Part shown: in pieces, positions 26,451 to 39,400 of the stretch
Position numbering within the stretch: position 1 is the first letter of the stretch
How the letters are laid out: every line of letters begins with the position of its first letter
The notes under the pieces: model-generated
What the model was told of the DNA's origin: nothing
The model's database searches: none
What the model saw: the letters and a program-made list of their open reading frames with translations, nothing else
Program-made: the position numbers and the translations under genes
Assembly: GCA_038087875.1 (NCBI GenBank)
Contig: CM075980.1
Coordinates: forward strand, 12,028,001-12,092,000
Direction of reading: 5' to 3'
Origin: Malacoraja senta
Lineage: Eukaryota
Length of the DNA stretch: 64,000 nt

Positions 26451-27799
26451 ATATTGCAACATGTTCCTGCCAGAATAGCAGATAATCTAAATTGACTATG
26501 GCTTTTACAACAAAGGGGATCTGTGAAAGGGGATGGTAAATCAATTGCCCACTTTTACTGTTTGTTTATCATGACTACTTTCAATTCGTTGATTTATCAG
26601 TTTTCAAATGCCCAAGGAGTCAAAACATCTGCAAAATGTTAGCACGTTCCAGTTTCCAACTGGACTAGCGGTGATCTTGTGAATCTTGGAATGGTCAGGT
26701 TTCACCATCAATAGGGAGATGAAGGAAAGTGGGAAACAGGTCACTGCAATATCTTACTTTAGTGAACAACAGTTGCTCCGGGATGGTTATCCACATGATC
26801 CTATGTCACAATGACCAAGATTACTCATTACACAGAATGCAAATAGGTGGGGATCCCAAAAATATACAACATGGAAAAAAGTGTCACTACTTGCCAACTT
26901 TCTTTCTCCACAGTACTTTAGCAATGGGGGTAAAACATAATAACTGAAGGACTTTAAAAAAAATCTGAGCTGGAACAACATTCCAAAGCACTTCATTTGA
27001 GCATGTTCATCGTCAGGAGCCTTGCTCCAAGCCCACCATTTTACTTTGTATCCAAGCACAGGATTTCCAAATGACATGAAGCAAAATTCAAGTACATAAT
27101 CCATGCATAACAATAGCAATCAGGGACCCCAATAGTAAACACTGGAAATACTTCACCTGCCTACATTTCCAAAAAGGAGCAATCTACAACTGATATTGAA
27201 AGAGTCAAAAACTCATGTTAAACATCAATTCCGGAAGATCGACCTTTCAATAATACCTTGGGCTTTGGAACTCCGTATCTGAAATGGGGGCTTTAATGCA
27301 CAAAAACATTATGATGAACCAAGAAGCGTTTTGTGTTTTTTTAGCTGCATTGTAGCTAACTGGGTTCCCTACTGTATGCGCAAATGTGTGTTTTAAAAGA
27401 TCTAAATTTTCACTCAAAGTTGACAGCAACAATCCGTATGGTGAACAACTCCCCCTAGGGACCCCACACCTCTTTGCTTCCAGACTGGATCTCAGGACCA
27501 ACCGTGGGCTCCCCGAATTAAACCTTGTGACCTTGCAAACTACATTGAAATGCAAATAACGCCTCAATCTGTAATTGTGATTTTTCCGAAGAAAAACTTA
27601 AAATCCAGCACCCGATCATCTACCCGCTTTGTGAAACCGTTTCATTTATATAAAATAAAATGCAAATTTGGATCAAAATTAAAGTAAGTTGTTTTTTCGT
27701 AGTAATTCTCCGCCCGTGTTAATTTGTATGGAAACTGTTTCCTACACTAGACAGTTTGCATTAGTCACTTGGCCATTGGAGAGATGGGAGGGGTTTGGA

Positions 27800-28360
27800 G
27801 AGAAGAGAGGGTGGCCGGCGGAGTAACCCGCTTGCCCTGCGAGGCAAGGCTGTGTGGGCTGCGTACCTGGAGTGAAGGCTGGAGCGTTGTCCCGGAGATG
27901 CCCTGCCGTCCGCTCGCTCCTCTTCCTCTGCCGCCGCCGCGCGACTCCACCCGGCTCCCCGTCACGCGGCCGCGCGCACATTCGTCACTTTTTTTTCCGC
28001 TTCCTGCCAGCGCCACCACCACGCCGGATGAGAACGCCTCGGCCATTGGTCCGCCGCAGGCACGCACCCACCCGACTTCTGGCGACCGGCGGGGCGCCGC
28101 CGGCCAATCGGCGCGCTCCTTCCATGCTGCTGCCGTGGAGACGCTCCAATCAGCGGCGCCGGGGGATGCGGCGCGGGTCGCGGGGGTCGCCATGGAAACC
28201 TCTCCCCCCCCACCTCCCCCCTCCCCCTCTCCCCTCTCCGTCTGGAAAGTTCGCTGCAGACGGCGAAGACCAAGTTCGGCGGCTGTTCGCTCGGCGCTAG
28301 TCGCGCCGCCCCACGCTACGGACACAACTCTACTTCCTCCGGCGGCGACGGCCGAGCCAT
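27800..28360. promoter_or_regulatory. CpG island promoter with three CCAAT boxes, a tandem ETS site and CRE half-sites
   Basis: Dense CpG against a CpG-poor background and not repeat-like; ATTGG 28045-28049; CCAAT 28104-28108 and 28146-28150; TTCCGCTTCCTG 27995-28006; CGTCA at 27960 and 27983. Confidence 0.85.
27867..27981 (-). other. Candidate first exon of an unidentified gene (5' UTR or coding MCARPRDGEP...AFTP-G)
   Basis: Donor CCAG|gtacgc at the edge of the CpG island; the frame from the ATG at 27981 ends in phase 1, compatible with the exon at 10110-10837. Confidence 0.55.
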
Positions 28361-29287
28361 TATATATATAAATGTATATGGTGAGGGCGCCTTTACTTCA
28401 CTGTATCTCCGCTCTGGTTGGAATCTGGCGATGGAACAGAGAGATTCCGCTTCACTGCACTGATACTTGCTTTGATCTTCCATAAGAAAGAATGCCCGGG
28501 TATTCCCCAAATTTCTCACGTTTCCCCAATACACCACCCTTCACCTCACATTTTCACTGCCCTTCTCAACGTCTTTTTTTTCAAAAAGGGCGTAAATTAC
28601 TTTGTGCCCGCATGCATCTTTTCCACGGATATGACTCATTCTCCTCTAACTGCCTTGATTCCCTTCTAGGTCTGGTCAAGGTCGGATTCCAGCCAATGTT
28701 TCATAGCCGAGTGCGCTCCCCTAAAGTAACAGTCAACGCTAAGCCGACCCCAGGGATATTGAGCTTGACGCGCTCGCCTTTATTTCTACAATGAGTAGCT
28801 ACATCGGTGGGGACCGTAAAGGCCAAACTGAGCGCAGCGGGTGCATTTCTCGTCTGGAAAAGGTCCACCTCTGGTTGTCCACTAAATTCAGAGGGGCAGT
28901 GGCGCACCCATCCCTTTGACAGGTGCGGAATTTGGCCATCGTGCTTCTCAATCCTGTTCAGCAATTCCTCAAATTCGTCTTAACTTGTCCACATTTCCCT
29001 GCCCTCTCACCACCCCCAGTGGTGTATGGAGGAGTCAAATTGTGATGTCACACCATGTACAATGTGACTTGACCACAATGCTGGTTAATAGGTCCTTGAT
29101 GGTCTTGCCAAAACTGTAAAGTATACATTGTGAACCCAGCTTTTAGCGATAGAAAGAGCCATGTCCCAGGTTCTGTACCTTTTCATACCTCTAGATTCCC
29201 TCTCCCCTGACTCTCAGTCTGAAGAAGGATCTCAACTCCAGAGATGCTGCCTGGCCTGCTGAGTTACTCCAGCATTTTGTGTCTATC

Positions 29288-29640
29288 TCAAGATTCAAGA
29301 GAGTTTATTGTCATGTGTCCCAGATAGGACAATGAAATTCTTGCTTTGCTTCAACACAACATAATATAGTAGGCATGAATACAGAACAGATCAGTGTGTC
29401 CATATACCATTATATAAATATACACACACATGAATAAATAAACAGATAAAGTGTAAATAAACAGATAATGGGCTATTAATGTTCAGAGTTTTGTTTGAGT
29501 TGAGTTTAATAGCCTGATGGCTGTGGGGAAGCAGTTATTCCTGAACCTGGACGTTCCAGTCTTCAGGCTCCTTCCTGTACCTTCTACCTGAAGGTAGCGG
29601 GGAGATGAGTGTGTGGCCAGGATGGTGTGGGTCCTTGTCT
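29288..29640 (-). mobile_element. Rex1-type LINE 3' end with (TCTTGAA)n tail
   Basis: Minus strand reads KDPHHPGHTLISPLPSGRRY...SLKTGTSRFRNNCFPTAIRLLN. Confidence 0.85.
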
Positions 29641-29799
29641 CCCATGTCTACATAGTTTTAGGGGATGATCCATTGCATTTTCTATGAGAAAAGTTGCTGG
29701 AGTTCAACAACATTGGAGTGTGACAGATACTGAGGGATGTTTAAGAAACATTTGAAGTTTAGTGGTTGATAATTGCTGAGCAGAAGTAAAAACAGGAGG

Positions 29800-30105
29800 T
29801 ACAGAGGTGCAGCTGGCAGAGCAGCAGTTTCACAGTGCCAAGACCTGAGTTTGATCCTGACCGTGGGTACCGTCTGTATATGTATGAAAGGCGTGGGTTT
29901 CCTCTGAATGCTTCCATTTCCGACCACATCACAAAGATGTGCGAGTTTGTAGGTTAATTGGCCTCTGCAAATTGCCCTGTGGGTGTAAGGAGTGGATGAG
30001 AAAGTGAGATAACATGGAACCAGTGTAAACGGGTGATCAATAGTTGGCGTGGGCAGGGTGGGCCAAACGGCAGTTTCCACACTGTACCTTTAAACTAAGT
30101 TTAAT
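29800..30105 (+). mobile_element. V-SINE (HE1-like)
   Basis: Family consensus with taaactaa tail. Confidence 0.8.
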
Positions 30106-32239
30106 GGATTGTATCAAAGCTCACAAATGTTGTGAATGTTCTTGGAATGCGAATCAGCTGGGAGGAGGATACTTCCAAGAATGTCCCCACCCTCATGGAC
30201 AACAGAGGCCATCTAACGACAAAGCTGAAGTAGCCAACCATGTTCAGCCAGAGGTTCTAAGTGGATGAGGCATCACGGGAAATGAATGAAAAAGGAGGCC
30301 ATTTGGCCCATTATGCCTATTCTCGTTAAATAAGAACTCCCCAGCCTCATCCCATCTTCCTGCATTAGGCCCATAGCTTTGCAGGTCACCACTCTTCAAG
30401 TGCACATCCAAGTACTGTTTAAATGTAGGCAATAGGTCTGCCTCGTCCACCACTTCAGGCAGTGAGCTCCAGATCACATCCTCTGATTGAAATATTTTCT
30501 CAGCCTCTCCACATTAATCCTATTAATTTCTTTAAATCTACCTGCTTTTTAACCACGCTGCTAAGGAAAATTGACTATTTCTATCAATGTCCTCCATAAT
30601 TTTATACCCTCCAGTTGTTTCTCCCATTAACTAGAAGACACAATGGCCAATACTGAAACATGCAGTGAAAAGGTAGAAGGGCAGAATATGTTTTAATATT
30701 GAGTGGTTGTCAGTGTTGGTATTCAGAGGGACTTGGGAATCCTTGTACATCACCAAAAGAATATCCAGCAGGTTGAGCCAATACCAATAAACAACTGGAG
30801 TATTGTGTGCAGATCTGTCCTTCCTGCCTAAGAAGGATATACTTGGAAATGCTGCAAATGTTCATCAGATTGATTCCTATATGACAGATATCAAGTGTTT
30901 ATTTGTCATCGCACCAGCAATGAAACGTAACAATTACATTTTTACGGTGCAACTTTGCAGACACATTAGACCCAACAACAACAAATAAAATAAATACATG
31001 ATAAACTATCAGTTATTCTAAGCGAACTAGACCGTGATAGTACAAAAACCTATAACATTGTGCCCAGAACTGAACACAATGCTCTAAATGCGACCTCACT
31101 AACGTCTTATACGAGACTTTAATCTCTCAAAGAACACCGTGGCCCTTAAACTTTTCTATCACTTTCTCCAGATATGAAATGCTGTAAAACTATATACTGC
31201 ACCATGGCTATTCTCTTTGCACTGCCTGTTGTACTTCTGCATGGCTTACTGTACTCGTGTATAGTACGATTTGAATGGATAGCATGCAAAACAAAGTTTT
31301 TCACTATATCTTAGTACACATGCCAATAATAAACCAATACCATCTAGAAAGGATGCATTCCTTTGGAATATCAAGGTCCTGAGGAATATCACAAGAATGC
31401 AGACAAGATAGAGGTCAGTGGCATACGGTACGAGGGAAGACGTCACTCTGTTGTGCAATGCTTCAGAGTTTGAGAGCTGGTGCAGACACATGGAAGAAAG
31501 GGTGATCAATTTCTTGGTATAGGAGAACATGAAAACATCCAACCCAGTTATGACTATTGAAACAAATTCAATATCTAAGGAAAATATAAACATTACTAGA
31601 AATACCCAGCAAGTCATACAGCATCTCTGTGGAGAAAAAACAGTGTTAGTTCATCTCATAAGATGCCACTTGACCTGCTGAACATCTCCAGCACTTTCTG
31701 CTTCTATTTTAGATTTCCACCCTCTGCAGTATTTTGCTCTAGGATAACTGTCCAAGGGAGTTTGATATTTAAGACATACCAACAAGTGCCAGCTTCACTT
31801 GTAAGAAATGAAACAGTTTAATTTTCAGGTACATCGATGTACCTGTAGATGATTGCATTGCAGAGTTTGACATCATTTTTGGTCCAAGATAGTGACATTG
31901 GTTAAATGAGCCATTGAGAAGTTTGGGATGTGTTTGGGTCTTTGCTGGAACGTTATTCCAGCATAAGATCTCAGCTTGGCTGCTCTTCGTGAACCATGGC
32001 TCTGCTCTGTTGGCTGTGTCAGATTACTGCAGCAACTTTATCAAAGCAGCCAGCTGCATATCTATCACCAACATACTGTGGTGAGAAAATTCAAGGGAGT
32101 TGCATCACCAGACCTTCCAGTAACAGGTAACAGTCAACAACTGTCAATGTTTGTCAAGACATAGGGATTAAAAATAGGGATTATAAACATGATGTTATCA
32201 CCTTCCTACACGCAGTCGAATTTGGTTGCTAGACCTCTT

Positions 32240-32535
32240 ATTTAGTTTAGTTTGGAGATACAGTGCGGAAACAAGCCCTTCAGCCCACCAAGTCTGGGCC
32301 AACCACGATCCCCATACACTAATACTATCCTACACGCTAGGAACAATTTACAATTTTTACCGAAGCCAATTAAACTACAAACCTGTCTTTGGAATGTGGG
32401 AGGAAACAGGAGCACCCGGGGAAGACCCATGCAGTCACAGGGGGGAATGTACAAACTCTGGACAGACAGCACCCATAGTCAGGATTGAACTCGGATCTCT
32501 GATGCTGTAAGGCAGCAACTCTGCTGCCATGCCGA
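32240..32535 (-). mobile_element. V-SINE (HE1-like)
   Basis: Family consensus; (TAAAC)n tail. Confidence 0.85.
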
Positions 32536-32544
32536 CTGCGAAAC

Positions 32545-32860
32545 AATCTTTGTTTCAATCCTACCTGGGCCTACTCCTTCAACTCTTTTTTTCCGGTACA
32601 TCAATGACTGCATTGGTGCTACCTAACTACTCATAAATAATTTTACAATTTAATTAATTGTGCTGATACTTTCCTTCTTGCTCTCCCCTTCACATAGTCC
32701 ATTTCTGACGTTCTTTCCTTTCTGGATTGCTTTGTCTCCATCTCAGGAGATGGACTTGATGCAAACATCCATTGTAAGACTGCCAACCCCCAGAGCTATC
32801 TTGACTGCTCTTCATTGCACCTTGCCTCCTGTAAGGATTCTATTCCCATTCACTCATTGG
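32545..32860 (+). mobile_element. Penelope-like RT fragment
   Basis: ttccggtacatcaatgactgcattggtgct = FRYINDCIGA (degenerate YIDD), followed by FLD/ISG and HPxxCKDSIPF-like segments. Confidence 0.7.
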
Positions 32861-33039
32861 GCAGAGTTGGGTCCTCATCGACTGCCAGTTGGATGAAATG
32901 GCCAAGTAGTTTAGTGTGCTCATGATCTTCAAACCCCAGACACAAGTACATGGCTGTAGCCCATGGGAGGTCACTGCCATCAATTGCTTCTAAATTCATA
33001 GCTCCTAGATGCATTGCTCCTCTATTAGTTATATATAAT

Positions 33040-33475
33040 CATCTAACAATTACAGCACGGAAACAGGCCATCTCGGCCCTTCTAGTCCATGCCGAACACT
33101 TACTCTCACCTAGTCCCATCTACCTGCACTCAGACCATAACCCTCCATTCCTTTCCCGTCCATATACCTATCCAATTTATTTTTAAATTATAAAAACGAA
33201 CCTGCCTTCACCACTTCCACTGGAAGCTCATTCCACACAGCTACCACTCTCTGAGTAAAGAAGTTCCCCCTCATGTTGCCCCTAAAATTTTGTCCCTTAA
33301 TTCTCAAATCATGTCCTCTTGTTTGAATCTTCCCTACTCTCAATGGAAAAAGCTTATCCACGTCAACTCTGTCTATCCCTCTCATAATTTTAAAGACCTC
33401 TATCAAGTCCCCCCTTAACCTTCTGCGCTCCAAAGAATAAAGACCTATCTTGTTCAACCTTTCTCTGTAACTGTT
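33040..33475 (-). mobile_element. Young CR1/HER1 LINE 3' fragment
   Basis: Open frame YRERLNKIGLYSLERRRLRGDLIEVFKIMRG...NFFTQRVVAVWNELP. Confidence 0.93.
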
Positions 33476-33529
33476 TGACTGCTGGATTGTGGACCTCCTA
33501 GACAGAGCTCTGTGTACTGGCCTGTTGTA

Positions 33530-33800
33530 CAGGAGGCACAGTGTGATGATGAGCAGATCCTGACTGTGGGTGCTGTCTGTACGGAATTTGTACATTCTCC
33601 CTGTGACCGCATGGATTTTCCCCAGGTGCTCCAGTTTCCTCCCACACTCCAAAGAAGTACAGGTTTGGCTTCATTTGGCTACTTGGCTTCATTGAAAATT
33701 GTCAATTGTCGGAGGGCTAATGTATGGTGATCGCTGGTCAGTGTGAACTCTGTCGGCCAAAGGGCTTGTTTCTGCGATGTACCCCTAAACTAAATTAAAC
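33530..33800 (+). mobile_element. V-SINE (HE1-like), 5'-truncated
   Basis: V-domain and taaactaaattaaac tail. Confidence 0.8.
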
Positions 33801-33814
33801 ATAGATCACAAAAG

Positions 33815-34810
33815 GGCAGGCGTAGCTTGGGGTTATGCAAAGTTTCACAGTTACACCTTTGATCTAAAGGAGGTAAGTGGAGTTGAAAGAGAAGTTGTTC
33901 AATGTGAGAACAAGTTCAACTAGGTGTTGGTAAAAGGGAAGTAGGTCCTTTGCTCCAGGAAGAAATGAAGGATCTGTAGACCTTGATTTAGGATGTACGT
34001 GTGAAGGATTGTATGATCCATGATAAAATAGTTTGAAAATGATCAGAGTGGCCGAGGTCACATATATAATTTGGAAAGGGCTTGGACCAAAGGGGTTAAG
34101 CCAAGAAGATACAATTTAGTGGGCAAGAACAGGCCGAAACAATGGATTTGCCAGGGCAGTCCTGCTCGTGGATTTTGGACTGTAAATAGAAGTTGCTGTA
34201 TGGAGTTGGGACACGATAGAGCTGGAGGCTGTGACAGGAAGATCTCGTAAGGAAATTATGTTCTTGACTGATTGGGGGACCTAATTCGTGATGGTGGGGT
34301 CATGATCCGAAGGGAGGTATGGGGAGGAATCTGAGAGTTGCCGCCTGGCCTCTGCAAGCTAGAGGTCAGTTCACCACCCTTGTCAGTGGGTTTGATAATG
34401 AGATTGAGGTTGGTTTGTAGTGAATGGAATGCAGCAAGTTGAGGAAGAGATAGCTTAGAGCATGAGAAGAGAGTTGAAAAGTCAAGATGGTCAAAGATGC
34501 AATGGCAGTTAGATGTAGAGAGGGTAAGTAGCCAGAAGGGGAGGTCCAAGTGGATGGGGAGTACTGAAGACATGAAAGAGTCCTTGGTTTGGGGTGAAGG
34601 CTCATGGCCAAAGAGTAGGCATGGAAGTGGCGACAGGGAAGAAGAGCTCAATGTCATGTTTAGCTTAGAATCTATTGAGATAGGGATGCAGGGTAACAAT
34701 GCCGAGTTATCCTCGGACGTCTGATCTTTGGGGATGAGAGAGCAGAAGATCCGAAAGGATAGTGAAACTAAATCGGCTGTGACCGGGGGCTAAGAAATGT
34801 GAAGGAGAGT
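33815..34810 (-). mobile_element. Penelope-like RT N-terminal fragment
   Basis: LIIKPTDKGG, KIHEQDCPGKSIV-like segment, LVELVLTLNNFSFNSTYL. Confidence 0.8.
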
Positions 34811-35644
34811 AAGATCCTGAGGGATATTAACATGCAAGAGCTTCTGAGTTTACAATGCGATTTTCCAACCGCACTGACTTCATTTAGTTAAAACTGAGAA
34901 ATTGACCCACTCCCTACACGATTAATCCACCATGGCCTAAAAATATTCAACAGTTCTACTTCCACTGCATTTTGAGGAACGGGATCCCAAAATGATCACA
35001 ACCCGCTGAGAGAAAATATTTGCCTCGTCTCTGTATTAAAATGATGTATTTCAAGACCCGTATGTGCTTAATTAACCCTGGGGTGGGCAGGGAATCCTCT
35101 AAAAGTGTACTAGCTTTGTCATGGTCACAGACAACTGGCATATGCTCATATAGACTAATCCTACATTAATCTCTTCTTTATTCTCCCTGCACTCCCATCA
35201 ACTCCCCAGAGATTCTCTCACTTATCTACACCCTTGGGGCAATTCACAGCAGCCAAACGACCTGTGCGTTTTTAGGATGTGGGAGGAAGTCGGAGAATCC
35301 GGGGCAAACCCCACCGACACAAGAAAAACATGCAAATTTCCCACAGAGAGCCTAAGGTCAGGATTGACCTTGGGTCTCCGGAGCGGTGAGGCAGAGGGTC
35401 GGTCCACTGTGACTGCAGAACTTAACAATGATGAGGCTTTTGAACATTTGGCTTTGACACATCTGTAACAAAATCTTGAGATAAAACAAACTTGAGAGGT
35501 GTTATCTGTGTTTCCCACGAGATAATGCCATCTTATATCGATAAGAGAGGAATTAGAGGAATGAGTCTGGGTCAATAATAGTGAGGCAAAGCATTCTGAA
35601 ATTTAAAAAATGCAGTAATTCTAATTTCAATAGAACTAAGCTTG

Positions 35645-35960
35645 GTTCAGAGGAGGTCCACGCGAGTGGGAAGAAAAGGGGATGAGAGAACGGGGAAGAG
35701 GGGAGCGGAAGGAAGGGATGAGAGGGGAAGGGAAGAAGATTGGTGGAAAGCAGGGAGCAGGGGCAAGTCTGAAAAGGGAGTGAAGGGAATGAGAAAGGGG
35801 AAGGATGGGGAGAAGGAGTGGTCCTGAGGAAATTAGGGAGGATGGGGGGAAGGGGCTGGTGATGGAGAGTGGAGGGTAGAGAGAGGGGAAGTGAAGGAGG
35901 CTAGGGAGAAGGCAGGTGAAAGGTGAGGAAGAGAGAGTTTCAGAGAAGTAAAAGCTGAAA
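35645..35960 (+). repeat. Polypurine (GA-rich) low-complexity tract
   Basis: About 300 nt, almost entirely G/A on the plus strand. Confidence 0.85.
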
Positions 35961-37574
35961 ATGAAGAAGCAGCATTAAAGTTTCAGGTTGAGGATTTTCC
36001 ATCAGAAATGGGAATGGTTAGAAATTTAACATAACTTAAGCAAGGACAGAGACGGGGAAGGTGGCAGAGGAAGAAAGAACAAAAGGGAAGGTCTGGGACA
36101 AAGTGGCAGTTGGGGGGATTAAATGACAGAATGATCGTGCAGAATGAAAGGATGCTAATGGGATAAGTAATGAAACAAAAGCTGAGAAGGAGAGATGTAA
36201 ATGAGAGGACAACAGCCCCCAGCGGCTGCTGCTGAGTGAGTGCAACGCTGAGCGTGATCTGCAACTATTTCCTGAAAATGAGTTTACGATGAGCTTCATT
36301 TGAATAGTTTGGGAAAGCAGGGGTGGAGAGATTAGAATGGAGAACTACAGAGATTACTGCCAGGTGCACCACAGTGAAATTCCTGTTCACATGAAGCTCA
36401 CGGAGTAAACAGTACACACCCAGTAATGATAAATACGACAATAAATACAATGATGACTACAAAACAGCAGAATGGTGCATGTGTGTGCAAGAAAGGTCTG
36501 CAACTAAGAGTTTTAGTGATAAGTTTATGAACTAAATACCTTAGCAAAGTCTATGAAACCACTACCAAGTTTTTTCAATATCTTTTGGCCTCCACTAACA
36601 GATTATTCAGAATTATTTTTACTGGATGTTTAGTATCGGCGTCAACCCATAGTTTAGCCAGGATTTTAATAATACAGAGCCAATAATGAAAGGCCAACTA
36701 TCAAAGTTTATCAACCTAATTGGGCTATCTGACTTTGGAATAAGGACCGTGCAGCAGTAGCTGCACCAACATCTATTTTAACAATCTCATTTAAGCCAGG
36801 TAGTCTAGGCTGGGTGTGACATCCTTTTCATGATGGCTTCAGGTCAATGAAGCCACCACTGGGAGCTTCCTCAGCCGCGCCTGATGAAACCATCCCCGCC
36901 CATGCACTGTTCTCAACCACGCCTGCCGACGCCACCACCACCGCCTGTATTGCAGTATTGAGATATTGGAGCTTTGTAGCTTAGGGCAGGTAAGGCTTTG
37001 GTATAATGTTTCAACTGAAAAAGAGCACATCTGTCAGTGCAGTTCTTGCTCGGCCTAAATTTCATTGTTGGGTTTCTACACATATAACTCGGCTATGGCG
37101 GACAATCGTCAATAACGGTCACCAATAACGGTTCATGGTCCGTTATAATGAGGGTTTACTGTCTATACACAGTGAATGGTAAGACTAGGAAGTACTGAGG
37201 AACAGAGGAAACTTTGTGGTCATATCCAAGGATCCCTGGTGGATAACCTGATGAGGAAGACATATGGGAGGCTTGCCTTTATTAGCTGGGGAATAGAATA
37301 TACAGGCAAGGAGATTGTAGTACATTCAAGAGCAGATTCTACAAATTGGCGCATTATTTAAAGACTAAATGAGAACCTTAAGATTAATTAGCCCAACATC
37401 AGCAGCTGTGAATGCTTGAAACTATTATCCTCAGAATGATAACAAGGCACTGGGACAATAACAGGTTGGGCTGATTCAACATGGAAACTAAATAATATTC
37501 GATAAACATGTTATAATTTTTTGAAATTGTAACTGAGAATAAATAAAGAACCAGTAAATGTGGTATTTTTGGAT

Positions 37575-38300
37575 TTCAAGATTCAAGATTCAATTTTATT
37601 GTCACATGTACCAATTAAGGTACAGTGAAATTTGAGTTACCATACAGCCATACTAAGTAAAAAGCAACAAGGCACACAGCTACATAAAATAAAATTTAAC
37701 ATAAATATCAACCACAGCGGAATCCACATTCCTCACTGTGATGGAAGTAATAAAGTTCAATCATCTTCCTCTTTGTTCATCCGTGGTTGGGGTTGTTGGA
37801 CCCTCCACAGTCCGACGGTCCAATGTCCGGGCACTCTTGTGATGATCGATACTCCGGCGTCAGGATGGATTGAAGCACTCTCCGCCGCATGGAGCTTCCG
37901 AGTCGGCCACTTCTTACGAGAGACCACGGGCTTCACGGTGTTAAAGTCCATGGTGTTAAAGTCCGCGGTTGAAGCTCTCCACAATCCTCGGCAAAGGATC
38001 GCAGCTCCCGATGTTAAAGTCCGCGCTACGCCCGCGGGTTGAAGCGCCAGGCCAGTCTCCAGTAAGGCCGCCAACTCCACGTTGTTAGGCCGCAGGGGGA
38101 CGGAGAAAAATCGCATCTCCGTTGAGGTAAGGGATTGAAACAAGTTTCCCCCAATTTCCCCTTCCCTCCCCCACATAAAACAAACCAAGAAAACATACAT
38201 ATGTTTAAAACATACTTTTAAATGTATTTAAAATAATAAAAAACAGTAGAAAGGACAAACAGACTGTTGGCGAAGCAGCCAGTGCTGGTGGAGCCACCCG
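37575..38300 (-). mobile_element. GC-rich composite non-autonomous retroelement with (TTGAATC)n tail, inserted in a decayed CR1
   Basis: CpG-rich body; core acttccatcacagtgagg; tail ggtacatgtgacaataaaattgaatcttgaatcttgaa. Confidence 0.75.
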
Positions 38301-38624
38301 GAAGTTATTAAACAGAACTAGAGTGCTTGTGATTATGAGTAGTGTTTTGGCATGGACAAGGATTGCTTAATGAATAGAAGGCAAAAGACAGGAATAAACA
38401 GATTCTTTTCAGTGTGGGACGTTGTGAGTGGCGGGTGCTGCATGGATTGGTGTTGCGGTTCCAGCCATTCACAATCTTTGTAGTGATCAGATTGGGAAGA
38501 GAATATCTAAGTTTGCTGATGATATAAGACTCGATGGGTGTTGGCCCGGGCAGAGGATTTAGAGGGATTCAGGGGGACATAGAATGGCTGTTGAATTAGG
38601 ACATAATAGATGGAGTATAATGGC

Positions 38625-39400
38625 TCAGGACTGAAAGAAAAATATGGGAGTGGGAAGGGGAGTTAAAAAATTAGCAACCAGGAGCTCCAGTAAACTTTGG
38701 CAGATCAAGCAGATCTTTGGGCAAAACTGTTGCCTAGCCTACGTCCATCTCGCTGATATAAAGGAGGCCATATTGGGTAGGAGGTATTGGGACAGGTGTT
38801 ACTTCTGCGGTTGCAGGGGAAAATACTTGGGGAGGGGGTGGTTTGGGTGAGAAGAGATGAGTGAACCAAGGAGTCACAACTCGCGAAGGCGCAGTCCCTG
38901 CTGAAGGTGGAAAAGGGTGTGGATGTGACATGGTGGGATCACGTTGGAGGTAACAGAAATGTCAGAGGATGATGTGTTAATGCAGAGGCTGGTGGAATGA
39001 AAGATAAGTACCAGAGGAACTATACCCTTCTTCCATCAGAGTGGAGGGGGAGCGGGAGCAGAACTACGGGATACAGAGGAGATGCGGGCTAAGGGACCAA
39101 TCCATGACATCGGGGGCGGGGGGGGGGGGGGGGGGACATTTACTGAGGAAAGATAACATCTCAGATGTCCTAGAATGGAAAGCCTCATCTTGGGAGCAGA
39201 TGTAGTGGAGATGGAGAAATTAAGAGTAGGGGATGCTGTCGTAGCAAGAGGCAGGGTGGAAGGAGATGTAGTGCAGATAATTGTTAGATTCTGTGGGAGA
39301 GAGGTGTCAGAGATCGTCCAAATGAATGCGGGCAGGGTGGAAGTTAGTGGTAACGTTAATGAAATCAATGAGTTCTGCAATGAGTTTGAAGAGGACACTT
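38625..39400 (-). mobile_element. Penelope-like RT thumb and GIY-YIG fragment
   Basis: Minus strand motifs NFHPA, FHPASCYDSIPYS, ICSQDEAFHSRTSEM, GLLYISE. Confidence 0.8.

Noticed and set aside
27765-28371. Overlapping 148-200 aa ORFs on both strands
   Set aside because: Expected stop-codon scarcity in a GC-rich CpG island; translations are low complexity with no recognisable domain.
28360-28372. TATATATATAAA as a TATA box
   Set aside because: It is a short (TA)n run at the island edge, and there is no independent evidence of a start site about 30 nt away.
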